DNA from: Macrostomum hystrix
Taxonomy: Eukaryota > Animalia > Platyhelminthes
Reading direction: 5' to 3'
Assembly: GCA_950097015.1 (NCBI GenBank)
Contig: CATNEN010000025.1
Span: 4,774,001 to 4,838,000 of the forward strand
Length of the DNA stretch: 64,000 bases
Part shown: positions 14,313-26,367 of the stretch, piece by piece
Position numbering within the stretch: position 1 is the first letter of the stretch
Layout of the letters: the number at the start of each line of letters is the position of its first letter
Notes under the pieces: generated by a model
What the model was told of the DNA's origin: nothing
Seen by the model: the letters and a program-made list of their open reading frames with translations, nothing else
The model's database searches: none
Position numbers and translations under genes: made by a program

Positions 14313-14313
<1 letters not shown>
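14015..14313 (-). mobile_element. tRNA-derived SINE, family A, full length, with Meta/CORE-like central domain and poly(A) end
   Basis: A-box TAGCCTAGTGG, B-box GGTTCGATTCC, core CAAGACACTTAACTCTGCATTGCTTCAGTTCACCCAGCTGTTAAATGGGTACC, 3' TAATAAAAAAAAA; both flanks are GTAGTAGTAG. Confidence 0.88.
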
Positions 14314-14350
<37 letters not shown>

Positions 14351-14351
14351 G

Positions 14352-14387
<36 letters not shown>

Positions 14388-14400
14388 GTACTACTACTAG

Positions 14401-14471
<71 letters not shown>

Positions 14472-14482
14472 ATACTACTACT
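14313..14482. repeat. (CTA)n microsatellite
   Basis: About 55 units read directly. Confidence 0.98.
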
Positions 14483-15433
14483 CCCAATCGTATTGAACCA
14501 TATCCTCCAAACAAGCCAACGGAAAGTCGAGCGGTGTCTCAAGAGAATGACGGTTTGTCCGGAAGTCGCAGCCCCGACCCGCGGTGTCATCCGGACACTG
14601 CAGGTCCAGTCGCAGTTTTTTTCTATTTCCCGGCGACATCTCTTCCGATCTCTCTTTGAAAGAATCTCTCCCAGACCAATTTCCTGGGCGGCAACACTCG
14701 ACGGGGTAGGGCAGGCAGTCTCGTTCCCTAGGGACCGAAGCCTTCCTTCCTGTCGGCTTGTTGCCCGCTTTTCATCCATTTGATTTTCAAGTTGCTAGGC
14801 GCGGCGATAGGAAACCCTCCCTACTACCAATTGCTTCTTGTGCGCATCTTGGATAATCTCACTCTCAGGGCTACTCTGTTGTACATTGTTGATTTTTTGC
14901 ACAAAAAAATGGTTTCCTCATGCACTGAGGTCTTTTTTTAATGAACTTCTTGACAACGGCAAGGAGAAAACAGATAAAAATAATTTACAGTTCAAATAAA
15001 CAAACAAACACAAAAACAAGGCAATTAACAAATTAACAAATAGCAAAAATGTACAAATTATTAAATTTATTTTTTTTACTTACAGAAAATGTTCCGTTTT
15101 TCCTTATTTAGGAGCAATATCGAATTTCCGGGTTTATGTTTTTCTTCGAAACCACTTTTCCGGCTTTTCTAGCTAAAAAAAGAAATGAAATTGTGGAATT
15201 TATCTTTTTTTCAAATCATTTTTCACATCACATAAATTGAATTTTTAAGCCTTCACTGCTGCCTTGTGAATGTAGCTCCTAGTAAAAATTGTAGGGGTAA
15301 AATTTATTTAATCAGCCTTTCAAAAAGATGTCGCACTTAATAACCTTTTTTTCGCTGACCTTCAACTCTGACAAACTTTCACCAGTTGTAGTAGGCCAGC
15401 ATACATCGCAGAGTAACAGACGATTTCACTCTA

Positions 15434-15565
15434 TATCTCGATCGGATTTTACCCCATCCAATCCCATATCTCGATCGGATTTTACCCCATCCAATCCCAT
15501 ATCTCGATCGGATTTTACCCCATCCAATCCCATATCTCAGTCAGATTCTACCCCATCCAATCCCA
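15434..15565. repeat. 33-bp tandem repeat, about 4 copies
   Basis: ATCTCGATCGGATTTTACCCCATCCAATCCCAT repeated. Confidence 0.9.
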
Positions 15566-15609
15566 GTTTTTTATTGGATTCTATCCCATCCAATGCTCTG
15601 ACCCCTCAA

Positions 15610-15692
15610 AACACGCTCACACAGGTGTGTACATCTGTCCTGGCTTTCTTATCATCAGGCAGTGTACATTCTGACTGTGCCTTGGGGGTTGC
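15610..15692 (-). mobile_element. SINE family B internal fragment
   Basis: CACGCTCACACAGGTGTGTAC...TCAGGCAGTGTACA...CTGTGCCTTGG matches 13823-13905 and the reverse complement of about 45027-45110. Confidence 0.82.
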
Positions 15693-15748
15693 ACCCCAGC
15701 CTCCTCCTCTAATAATCCCCTTAGACCGCCACTCCCCCAATCCTGCAG

Positions 15749-15988
15749 GCCAGCTTCTGTTTGATCTCGTGGAGTCTGGGCGTGAAGAACACCTGGACGG
15801 GCTGCATCAGCCTCTTCCGCTTCCTGGCCACCTTCTGGCCAATGTGGTTCCGCAGCCGCCTGACCCGCCGATTCCAATTGTGCAGCTTCGCAGTCGTGGT
15901 AGCTACAAACATCGGCATGCAGGCAGGTCACGTGGCCTTCTGTCTCCTCTCCGACGAGTCAACCTCCGATTGCAACGCTACCATTCAG
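15749..15988 (+). CDS. Class A GPCR, coding exon 2 (TM3, ICL2, TM4)
   Basis: Acceptor CCTGCAG|GCC; ASFCLISWSLG...CISLFRFLATFWPMWFR matches the S-x-(D/E)R(F/Y)-x-A-x-x-x-P pattern at the end of TM3; phase-0 donor CAG|GTGACG. Confidence 0.78.
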
Positions 15989-16061
15989 GTGACGCCACTG
16001 AAAGCTTATGTGATCTCTCTTGAATGATTCTAAGAAAGGCTGCATAGAGTTGTACAGTCAG

Positions 16062-16432
16062 TGGACAGGGGAGGTGGCACCCACTCTTACAGCTGGGCGA
16101 ACTGTTCTGTCCGTGGACAGGGGAGGTCACCTCACCCACCCAAATCAATGCTGGCACTCACTCTTACAGCTGGGCGAACTGTTCTGTCCGTGGACAGGGG
16201 AGGTCACCTCACCCACCCAAATCAATGCTGGCACTCACTCTTACAGCTGGGCGAACTGTTCTGTCCGTGGACAGGGGAGGTCACCTCACCCACCCAAATC
16301 AACGCTGGCACTCACTCTTACAGCTGGGCGAACTGTAACAATGGGGGAATCTAGTGTCTTGCTTGAGTGCAAAAATACTAAGAATCGAACTCCAGACCTC
16401 TCTCACGCCATAAACGAATGGTGCTTGAACCG
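16062..16432 (-). mobile_element. Diverged family-A-type SINE whose core is amplified as a 77-bp tandem repeat (about 3.5 copies)
   Basis: CACTCTTACAGCTGGGCGAACTG at 16082, 16159, 16236 and 16313; the last copy continues ...CAATG...AGTGTCTTGCT...GAATCGAAC, collinear with the SINE at 14015-14313. Confidence 0.75.
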
Positions 16433-16442
16433 CACCGTGCAG

Positions 16443-16570
16443 GCAATGCGAGTGACGCAGACCTACCTGCCGGTGCCAATCATCTTCATCAGCTCCTGTG
16501 CCATCGCGGCGCATCTCTACTGCGGCCTCTGCGGCCGTCGACCGCCGAATGGCACCGCCGGGGTTGCGAG

Positions 16571-16601
<31 letters not shown>

Positions 16602-17000
16602 GGCGGCGGCGGCGGAGACGGGGGCTCAAAGCGAGCCAGTGCGATAGTACTAGCCTTGGCGGTGTCCTTCACAGTGCTGGACATGCCGGGCTCCCTGCTG
16701 GTGGCACTGAATCTGTTCAACAGTCTGCCAGCCTGGGCTGTGCCGCTCAACGACCTGATGCTGACCCTGGACAGCGCTGGAAATTTCTTCATATTCTACG
16801 CTTTGAACCCAAATTTTCGAAGACTCGTGCGAGCTATGGGTCGCGAAGATGTCGGCGGAGTCGGTAGCAGAGGCGGCCTTGTAGGCGCTGTGCGCAGCGG
16901 ACACCCGGTCAGAAGCCGGGCCAGTCAGGGCGTGATTGACTCGTCAGCGGCTGCCACCGCGGCATTGGAAACGCCACTGCGTGAAGCTGCGATTGTTTGA
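16443..17000 (+). CDS. Class A GPCR, coding exon 3 (TM5, poly-Gly ICL3, TM6, TM7, helix 8)
   Basis: Phase-0 acceptor GTGCAG|GCA; TM6 VLALAVSFTVLDMP; TM7 SAGNFFIFYALNPNFRR resembles invertebrate peptide-receptor NF..Y....FR; stop TGA at 16998-17000. Spliced product is 371 aa. Confidence 0.85.
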
Positions 17001-17149
17001 GATAAGATTGAAGGAATAAGATGATTCATTCAAACCAAACTCTAAGCACCTTTTTCATGCCCTTTTCATTCAAATTTGCTTTGACTTAATACTTATTACT
17101 TCAATTACCTGGATCCCAGTCTAGGAACCTAGGAAGTTTTCACTAAGTC

Positions 17150-18760
17150 CAGGGATTTCTGTCTAAAATACTGGGATTTCTGTCTAAAATACTGGGATTT
17201 CTGTCTAGAATACTGGGATTTCTTTCTAAAATGCTGGGATTTCTGTCTAGAATCCTGGGATTTCTTTCTAAAATACTGGGATTTCTTTCTAAAATACTGG
17301 GATTTCAGTCTTAAATTCTGGGATTTCTGTCTAAAATACTGGGATTTCTTTCTAAAATACTGGGATTTCTTTCTAAAATACTGGGATTTCTGTCTAAAAT
17401 ACTGGGATTTCAGTCTAAAATACTGGGATTTCTGTCTAGAATCCTGGGATTTCTTTCTAAAATACTGGGATTTCTGTCTAGAATCCTGGGATTTCTGTCT
17501 AAAATACTGGGATTTCTTTCTAAAATACTGGGATTTCTGTCTAGAATCCTGCGATTTCTGTCTAAAATACTGGGATTTCTTTCTAAAATACTGGGATTTC
17601 TGTCTAGAATCCTGGGATTTCTTTCTAAAATACTGGGATTTCTGTCTAAAATACTGGGATTTCTGTCTAAAATACTGGGATTTCAGTCTAAAATACTGGG
17701 ATTTCTGTCTAAAATACTGGGATTTCTGTCTAAAATACTGGGATTTCTGTCTAAAGTACTGGGATTTCAGTCTAAAATACTGGGATTTCAGTCTAAAATA
17801 CTGGGATTTCTGTCTAAAATACTGGGATTTCTGTCTAAAATACTGGGATTTCTGTCTAAAATGCTGGGATATCAGTCTTAAATTCTGGGATTTCAGTCTA
17901 AAATACTGGGATTTCTGTCTAAAATACTGGGATTTCAGTCTAAAATGCTGGGATTTCAGTCTTAAATTCTGGGATTTCTGTCTAAAATACTGGGATTTCA
18001 GTCTAAAATACTGGGATTTCTGTCTAAAATACTGGGATTTCTGTCTAAAATACTGGGATTTCTGTCTAAAATACTGGGATTTCAGTCTAAAATACTGGGA
18101 TTTCTGTCTAAAATACTGGGATTTCTGTCTAAAATACTGGGATTTCTGTCTAAAATACTGGGATTTCAGTCTAAAATACTGGGATTTCTGTCTAAAATAC
18201 TGGGATTTCTGTCTAAAATACTGGGATTTCAGTCTTAAATTCTGGGATTTCTGTCTAAAATACTGGGATTTCAGTCTAAAATACTGGGATTTCTTTCTAA
18301 AATACTGGGATTTCAGTCTAAAATGCTGGGATTTCAGTCTTAAATTCTGGGATTTCTGTCTAAAATACTGGGATTTCTGTCTAAAATACTGGGATTTCAG
18401 TCTAAAATACTGGGATTTCAGTCTAAAATACTGGGATTTCTGTCTAAAATACTGGGATTTCTGTCTAAAATACTGGGATTTCAGTCTAAAATACTGGGAT
18501 TTCTGTCTAAAATACTGGGATTTCTGTCTAAAATACTGGGATTTCAGTCTAAAATACTGGGATTTCTGTCTAAAATACTGGGATTTCTGTCTAAAATACT
18601 GGGATTTCAGTCTAAAATGCTGGGATTTCAGTCTTAAATTCTGGGATTTCTGTCTAAAATACTGGGATTTCTGTCTAAAATACTGGGATTTCTGTCTAAA
18701 ATACTGGGATTTCTGTCTAATATCTTTGGATTTATGTCTAATATCCTTGGATTTCACTAA
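17150..18760. repeat. 21-bp minisatellite (GTCTAAAATACTGGGATTTCT)n
   Basis: About 75 units; the RQKSQYF ORF is a period artefact. Confidence 0.97.
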
Positions 18761-19412
18761 AAAATCCATGTCCACCTCTCTATCTCTACTAGAGAGGAAT
18801 AGACAGATATTATGTATGACCCAACGAACTTCTCCTTCTAAAAAAAATTTGTTTAAATTATCTCAGTTTGAGTGACATAATGTTTTTACTAGTCATATCA
18901 GCTTCTTATTATTCTCTATCCCTCGGTATTAAACCTTCCGAACACTTTTTATTGTTGTATAGATTTGATGTGTCTTTGTTGTAAAAAGTAAAATTATTAA
19001 TGACACTCCAACAATATATAATAATTGATGTCTCGCGAAAGTCTATTATCTTTGCGGAATTTACGATCAAAAAGTCAATTTAAAATCTGTAATAATTATG
19101 TTGTAATAAAGCCATAAATTATGCTAGTCTCTAAGTACTCTACTTAGGTGAGTAGTGTGTTTAGTACGTCGCAGCTAAAATCAGTAGTTTACACGTTTAG
19201 AATAATTTTCCTAGTTTATATGTTTTGCATAGCCCAATACACTTATGTCTATATATCATCGAAGCAGCGATTAAAAAGCAATCATTCCTACTATAAGTAC
19301 CCTGACTTGTCGTGGAAGTTTTATGATTTTCTCCATTACTTAAAGGAGAACCTGTACGCAATTTTAGTCTTCGATTGAATGGAGCATTACACTGCTTGGT
19401 ACTCCACGGCAC

Positions 19413-19750
<338 letters not shown>

Positions 19751-20149
19751 TAAAGAGAAAAGAGACAAAGAGAAAGATATCTATTGATAGAGACAGAAAA
19801 AGGTTGGCTTGTTATTTACTATTCATTTAGTTCATTGAGCGTAAGGTCGATTTTTTTCCAAATATAATGTGATATCCTTTTCCCATACAAAAATAGCGAA
19901 TGTACTTTCCCTTCAACTTCCGGTTTAAATTTCGTTTCTTCCGGCTCGACTTGGGCCTTTTTATTACTAGTGCACACAGACTAGTGCAGCTGAGGTTGGT
20001 GAACGAGTTAACTTCCGCCCTCCTGCCTGCAGGTTGGACTGGTCGCATTCACAATTATAATTTTTCTATTGAAAAAGCGCTGGAAAGTGGGAAAATACTA
20101 GATTTATATGCACCTGGCAAATAAGAGAATCCTAAGTAGACAGGGAAAA

Positions 20150-20920
20150 GAGGAGACAAGAGAGAGATGATGCAGGGGAGAGACGAGACAGGGGAGAGAT
20201 GATGCAGGGGAGAGATGAGACAGGGGAGAGATGATGCAGGGGAGAGATGAGACAGGGGAGAGATAAGAAAGGGGAGAGATGATGCAGGGGAGAGATGAGA
20301 CAGGGGAGAGATGATGCAGGGGAGAGATGAGACAGGGGAGAGATGATGCAGGGGAGAGATGAGACAGGGGAGAGATAAGAAAGGGGAGAGATGATGCAGG
20401 GGAGAGATGAGACAGGGGAGAGATGATGCAGGGGAGAGATGAGACAGAAGAAAGATGAGACAGGGGAGGGATGAGACAGAAGAAAGATGAGACACGGGAG
20501 GGATGAGACAGAAGAGAGATGAGAGAGATGAGACAGGGGAGAGATGAGACAGGGGAGAGATGATGCAGGGGAGAGATGAGACAGGGGAGAGATGATGCAG
20601 GGGAGAGATGAGACAGAAGAAAGATGAGACAGGGGAGGGATGAGACAGAAGAAAGATGAGACACGGGAGGGATGAGACAGAAGAGAGATGAGAGAGATGA
20701 GACAGGGGAGAGATGAGACAGGGGAGAGATGAGACAGGGTAGAGATGAGACAGGGGAGAGATGAGCCAGGGGAGAGATGAGACAGGGTAGAGATGAGACA
20801 GGGGAGAGATGATACAAGGGAGGGATGAGACAGAAGAAAGATGAGACACGGGAGGGATGAGACAGGGGAGAGATGAGACAGGTAAGAGATGAGACAGGGG
20901 AGAGATGAGACAGGGGAGAG
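20150..20920. repeat. About 16-bp purine-rich minisatellite (GAGATGAGACAGGGGA)n, copy 2, with a GATGCAGGGG variant
   Basis: Read directly. Confidence 0.95.
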
Positions 20921-22169
20921 GGACTCGGGCAGTGTCATCCAGGTCTTAGAATTGCTTGTCTTGGAAAATAAAAACAAAGTATATTTTTCGCCAGCTATTC
21001 CTGAATTACTCGACGATTTTCACTCAGGCAGAAACTGCCAGAAATAGCAAATAGTTTTCCACGAGCTTTGAAAGGCCTGCAGCCCCTCCGCTACGTTTTC
21101 GGTTTTGCTTCAGATTTCAGAGTGCGATAAGGCCTGATCGCTTGGCACGCTCTCGAAGCACTGGCACCAGATCCCAGGAAGTTTATTATGCTCCTCTTCC
21201 AGGTAAAGTAACCGCGCTAGGGGGGGAATCCCCACATCCACTTAGCCCTGTCTACTGTTAGGGATCAGCCGCACGGTTGGGGATCATTTATGGTGCATTC
21301 TTAGAAAGAAACAGCGCCCGCTTGCTCGTGCCCACTGGTTCTGGCAAAATCTGTTTTATGTGGTTCAGAGACGGCCTCGGACACAAGCGGGGGTTCGATT
21401 TGATGGGATCTTTAGATGGAGACAGGCATGCTAGCAGAGTGCGGTTGCGTCATCTTTAAGTGTGATCTAGCGGAAGCTGTTCGCACAACGTCTATGGCCG
21501 AAACCCATAACTGATCGATCCAATTATTATTTAGATTTTTTCCCCATCGGTCGCCAATATCAATATGGTCCCAGACAGGACAGTTTTCTCTCACAATAAT
21601 GAACCATTCCGAGTATGAGGAATCGAAGCAATTCACAGCACACCCGCTTTAGTCTTTGTTCTAAGTTCACTTGTGCCCCGCTGTTTCTTACCATTCATTT
21701 CCACTTTGTATTTCTGTGTGTGCCAGTGCAGCCTCCAACGCTTTTACCAGCGAGGAAGATGGAGAGGAAAGTCTGCTTGGAACAAAGACCAACAAGAAGA
21801 TAGGATGCATATTGCATTATGCTATAATACAGTATGCTATATCTAGCGGCTGTTACACGGGTCCTTGTTTTAGCATCAATACATCAAATCAGGAGCCTGC
21901 AGTTATTGTGGAGCATTGTGCTTTCTCTCTAGTAGAATAGGTACAGTTCCGTCAGCTGTCTCTGGCCGCACGTGACTTCTATTTGGTGGCAAATTTCTAG
22001 AAGTTGGCATTAATGGCACACGCACAGCTGACACTCTCCGTAGGAATTAGAATGGAATGGAATGACCAGCTGGCTGCCCTTGTCTGCCCGGCTTGATAAC
22101 GATAGACTGTTCACCCGCAGGTCCCGCAGGGTCGCTGTTGTCGGAATACAAGGACTCCGACAACAGCGA

Positions 22170-23105
22170 GAGGAGAAAGGAGAAAGGAGAGAAGGAGAGA
22201 GGAGAAAGGAGAGAGGAGAAAGGAGAGAGGAGAAAGGAGAGAGGAGAAAGGAGATAAGGAGAGAGGAGAGAGGAGAGAAGGAGAGAAGGGGAGAAGAAGA
22301 GAAGGAGAGAGGAGAGAATGAGAGAAGGAGAGAGGAGAGAATGAGAGAAGGAGAGAGGAGAGAATGAGAGAAGGAGAGAGGAGAGAATGAGAGAAGGAGA
22401 GAGGAGAGAATGAGGGAAGGGGAGAAGGAGAGAAGGAGACAGGATGGAGGAGAGAAGGGGAGAATGAGAGAGGAGAAAGGAGAGAGGAGAGAATTAGAGA
22501 GGAGAGAAGGAGAGAAGGAGAGATGAGAGAAGGAGAATGGATGGAAGAGAAAGAAAGAGAAGGAGAGAATGAGAATGGATGGAGGAGAGAGGGAGAGAGA
22601 AAGAGATAAGAGAATGAGAGGAGAGAGAAAGAGATAAGAGAATGAGAGGAGAGAGAAAGAGATAAGAGAATGAGAGGAGAGAGAAAGAGATAAGAGAATG
22701 AGAGGAGAGAGAAAGAGATAAGAGAATGAGAGGAGAGAGAAAGAGATAAGAGAATGAGAGGAGAGAGAAAGAGATAAGAGAATGAGAGGAGAGAGAAAGA
22801 GATAAGAGAATGAGAGGAGAGAGAAAGAGATAAGAGAATGAGAGGAGAGAGAAAGAGATAAGAGAATGAGAGGAGAGAGAAAGAGATAAGAGAATGAGAG
22901 GAGAGAGAAAGAGATAAGAGAATGAGAGGAGAGAGAAAGAGATAAGAGAATGAGAGGAGAGAGAAAGAGATAAGAGAATGAGAGGAGAGTGAAAGAGATA
23001 AGAGAATGAGAGGAGAGAGAAAGAGATAAGAGAATGAGAGGAGAGAGAAAGAGATAAGAGAATGAGAGGAGAGAGAAAGAGATAAGAGAATGAGAGGAGA
23101 GAGAA
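22170..23105. repeat. GA-rich tract grading into a 28-bp minisatellite (GAGAGGAGAGAGAAAGAGATAAGAGAAT)n
   Basis: About 18 near-perfect 28-mers from about 22590. Confidence 0.95.
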
Positions 23106-23474
23106 GATTAAGTACGCAATTAATGAGAGAAGTGGGAGAAATGTAGCGGCAGAGAGGAGACAAGCGAGTTGAGAGAGGAGAAAGTTTAGAACCTTGGAGG
23201 TTAGCAGGATATGTCGTGTCGGGTGAGAGTGGATTCGGGGAATTCAGTGAGGCCACATGGACATTGTTTACCTCGAAACCCTCCGGGCTTTGGTCGCTGA
23301 CAAGGCAAAATTTCAGGTTTTGTAGAAACGGGGATCGAGACAAAGACCGGCTGACGAAACAAAGGCAAGAAAAATGCATTAGCAAAAACAATAAATGCTT
23401 TTAGGCCCACCGCTTGCTGCAGTGCGATAAGTTAGGTGAGCCTCCTTGTTCGCTTCGCTTAGGGAGTAAGAGAA

Positions 23475-24030
23475 ATGACAGAGTGACAAAGCTAGAGAGG
23501 AAGTGAGAGATTGACAGAGAGGCAGAGTGACAGAGTGACAGAGTGACAGAGTGACAGAGTGACAGAGTGACAGAGTGACAGAGTGACAGAGTGACAGAGT
23601 GACAGAGTGACAGAGTGACAGAGTGACAGAGTGACAGAGTGACAGAGTGACAGAGTGACAGAGTGACAAAGCTAGAGAGGAAGTGAGAGAGTGACAGAGA
23701 GGCAGAGTGACAGAGTGACAGAGTGACAGAGTGACAGAGTGACAGAGTGACAGAGTGACAGAGTGACAGAGTGACAGAGTGACAGAGTGACAGAGTGACA
23801 GAGTGACAGAGTGACAGAGTGACAAAGCTAGAGAGGAAGTGAGAGAGTGACAGAGAGGCAGAGTGACAGAGTGACAGAGTGACAGAGTGACAGAGTGACA
23901 GAGTGACAGAGTGACAGAGTGACAGAGAGGCAGAGTGACAGAGTGACAGAGTGACAGAGTGACAGAGTGACAGAGTGACAGAGTGACAGAGTGACAGAGT
24001 GACAGAGTGACAGAGTGACAGAGAGACAGA
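23475..24030. repeat. (GACAGAGT)n octamer array with a recurring 44-bp interruption
   Basis: The AAAGCTAGAGAGGAAGTGAG block occurs at 23488, 23668 and 23824. Confidence 0.95.
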
Positions 24031-24969
24031 AAAGTCCATGCTTAAAGGCTGCCAGTAAGGATGCGTTATCCATGACAGTTTAGCAGTTTAATGTGACAGT
24101 ATTACTGATAATAAAAGTTATAATAACTGGCAACCACAGCAAGAAAATTGTCAGTCAGCTTTTACGAGTTAAATTGGCCAATCTGCTCAAGAAGAACTCA
24201 ATGAACCATGGCGCTAAGAGCTGCGCGTGAGGTAGCGCAATTTTCTCCGCTCTAAAGATTGGACTCGCTTTGAATCTGTTGATACTTTCTTAGAAACATT
24301 TTTGTCGCTAGAATAAGTTTCCTCGATATGGAAAGCAGCGATGTATTGCATTCGCACCTTCGGGCCGATTGGCAACTATTTTGATTTAGCAAACACTCAG
24401 TGACAGTTTCAATTCCCAATGACTGGACTCCTTACCCTCTCAGTGTTGACAGCCCGTGGCAGTCCTTGTTGATGCGGCAATAAAAAACGCTTCACTGCAG
24501 TGCCAACTTCGCAGTCTGAATATTCCAATTGCATAACGCGATATTGCGTCATATTTGACAGTCTTTGACAAAGTTATTCCGTTTTTAAACTTCCCTTGGG
24601 AACTGGACTAAAGTTGACAGATGCAAATAGAACCGCGCAGAAGCTACAGTCTTGGAATATTGCGGGATTTCATATTTATAAAGCAACAGCTCCGCATCCC
24701 GTTGATATTAAAAGTACGGCACAAAACTTTGTCGCTAACAGTAGCATTAAATGAATACTAAATATTTGGCACTATTATACATTTTTCTAAACATATCGGC
24801 AACTGATAAACAAGCGGCTGTGTTTTTCGCGAACAATTACCATGATTGCAATGTAAAAATGTAACTTGATGGGCAGTGGCATCACAGATTACAACCAGGT
24901 TAATCAGGACTATGCATATCTTGAGACAACTCAACAAAATTAAATAGAAAAGGTAAAAACAAAAAAACA

Positions 24970-25041
24970 AGGTCCCACCGAGACTCGAACTCGGGTCGCA
25001 GGATTCAGAGTCCTGAGTGCTAACCGCTACACCATGGGACC
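24970..25041 (-). tRNA. tRNA-Gln-CTG: tRNA-Gln(CTG)
   Basis: Minus strand GGTCCCATGGTGTAGCGGTTAGCACTCAGGACTCTGAATCCTGCGACCCGAGTTCGAGTCTCGGTGGGACCT; intact cloverleaf, CTG anticodon, immediately followed by a T-run Pol III terminator. Confidence 0.97.
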
Positions 25042-25311
25042 GCTGACTGAGGGAAGGCTTGGTGTGCTAATTATAATTAATGATTTGTATAGCCTGACAA
25101 TGGTCAAGCTTGGATTCCTGACGAAAGTATAGCAAATAAAAATGAAGTCACCAGCAATGTAGCAATATTTTTTAATATTTCATATCGAGACAGACAAGAT
25201 TCATATGAATAATTTCTGTTTGGTTTAAATGAACTGTGGCAGTAATTATCAATTTTAGTCAAACGTTTGTTAAACGTTTGCGAGTTCAGTACTTAGTGAA
25301 GGAGTAGGAAT

Positions 25312-25410
25312 TTCAGGTAGAGTGGGAGGAGCAGACAGTTCAGGTAGAGTGGGAGGAGTAGACAGTTCAGGTAGAGTGGGTGGAGTAGACAGTTCCGGTG
25401 GAGTGGAGAC
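25312..25410. repeat. 27-bp tandem repeat, about 3.5 copies
   Basis: CAGTTCAGGTAGAGTGGGAGGAGTAGA repeated. Confidence 0.85.
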
Positions 25411-26056
25411 TGGGCGAAATCTCAGTTCAGGCAGATTCATTTTCAGAGTTCACTTTTTGTGAAAGTCACTAACAACGAAAAGAAGTCAGAATGTACAAAG
25501 AATCTGTCAATGTCGTGTATTTGTACAGTACTTTTTGTTTTAGTTTAAGGCAGACAGATCGAACAACATTTAACAACAAATTTAGCAAATCTATCCTCAA
25601 TGTACTCAAAGAAAACGAATAGAATGTTGAGTGCATTTTTACAGTGCTTTAGCCGGCAAAAGTACGCGAAAAGTATATGAAAATATAGAAAAGACGAGAA
25701 AAAAGCTAAGCAAAATTGCTGGATATTAGGAAAAGGTAAAAACAAATAACCAAATAAGAATTTTCCACAAAGATTGCCAATTCCTGAACAGAGATTTGGC
25801 AAAAGTGCACAAAGTACTTTTTTAGCACACGCCGGGCACGCGCCAATTTGAACTCTAATTAGTTGCATGGCACGTGACCAACTAGATAACATTCTTTGAA
25901 TATAGTTTCCAGCAAGGATTCAACGACGCAAAGTTAACAAAGGAAGCAGCGATCAAGTCCATTTTACATTTTTAAGAGAAAAACACGTTCACTACAACAA
26001 ATAGTGCTTTCTAGACCCGAATATTCAGACTATCAATTAACACTGAGTGACGTCAT

Positions 26057-26247
26057 TCACCAAGATTCGCAGCTGCTGCGCACCCGGACCAACAGTGACC
26101 GCTTGTCCGAGATGAACCGGTGAAGATCCTCCAGCGGCATTGAAATAGTCGGCAGGCCCTCGATCTCCAAGATCTGATCGCCTACACCGATGACCGAGTT
26201 GTAGCTGCGCTGAGTGGCTGCGTCATTGAAGCGAGTCACGAAGACGC
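26057..26247 (-). CDS. PDZ-domain protein, last coding exon (second half of PDZ)
   Basis: Acceptor TTTCATCTCAG|GC; GVFVTRF...IGVGDQILEIEG...LLVRV gives PDZ betaC-alphaA-betaD-alphaB-betaF; stop at 26057. Confidence 0.88.
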
Positions 26248-26367
26248 CTGAGATGAAAGGAAAAAAGACAAATGGTTTCAAGATAGGCTGGCCAGAATCT
26301 AAACGCCTTTTTTGGATCAGGTTTCTGATTATTGTTGTCGATTTAAAAAAGTAAATTTCAGACTCAC

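Noticed and set aside
5600-14313. tRNA-like sequences at about 5600-5668, 13910-13975 and 14245-14313 (also 44891-44960) as tRNA genes
   Set aside because: A and B boxes are present but acceptor and anticodon stems do not pair, and each continues into a shared repeat body, so these are SINE heads.
14485-14830. GC-rich island in GPCR intron 1 as an extra exon
   Set aside because: The GPCR model is complete without it, there is no phase-compatible hydrophobic exon, and the minus-strand open frame has no recognisable motif.
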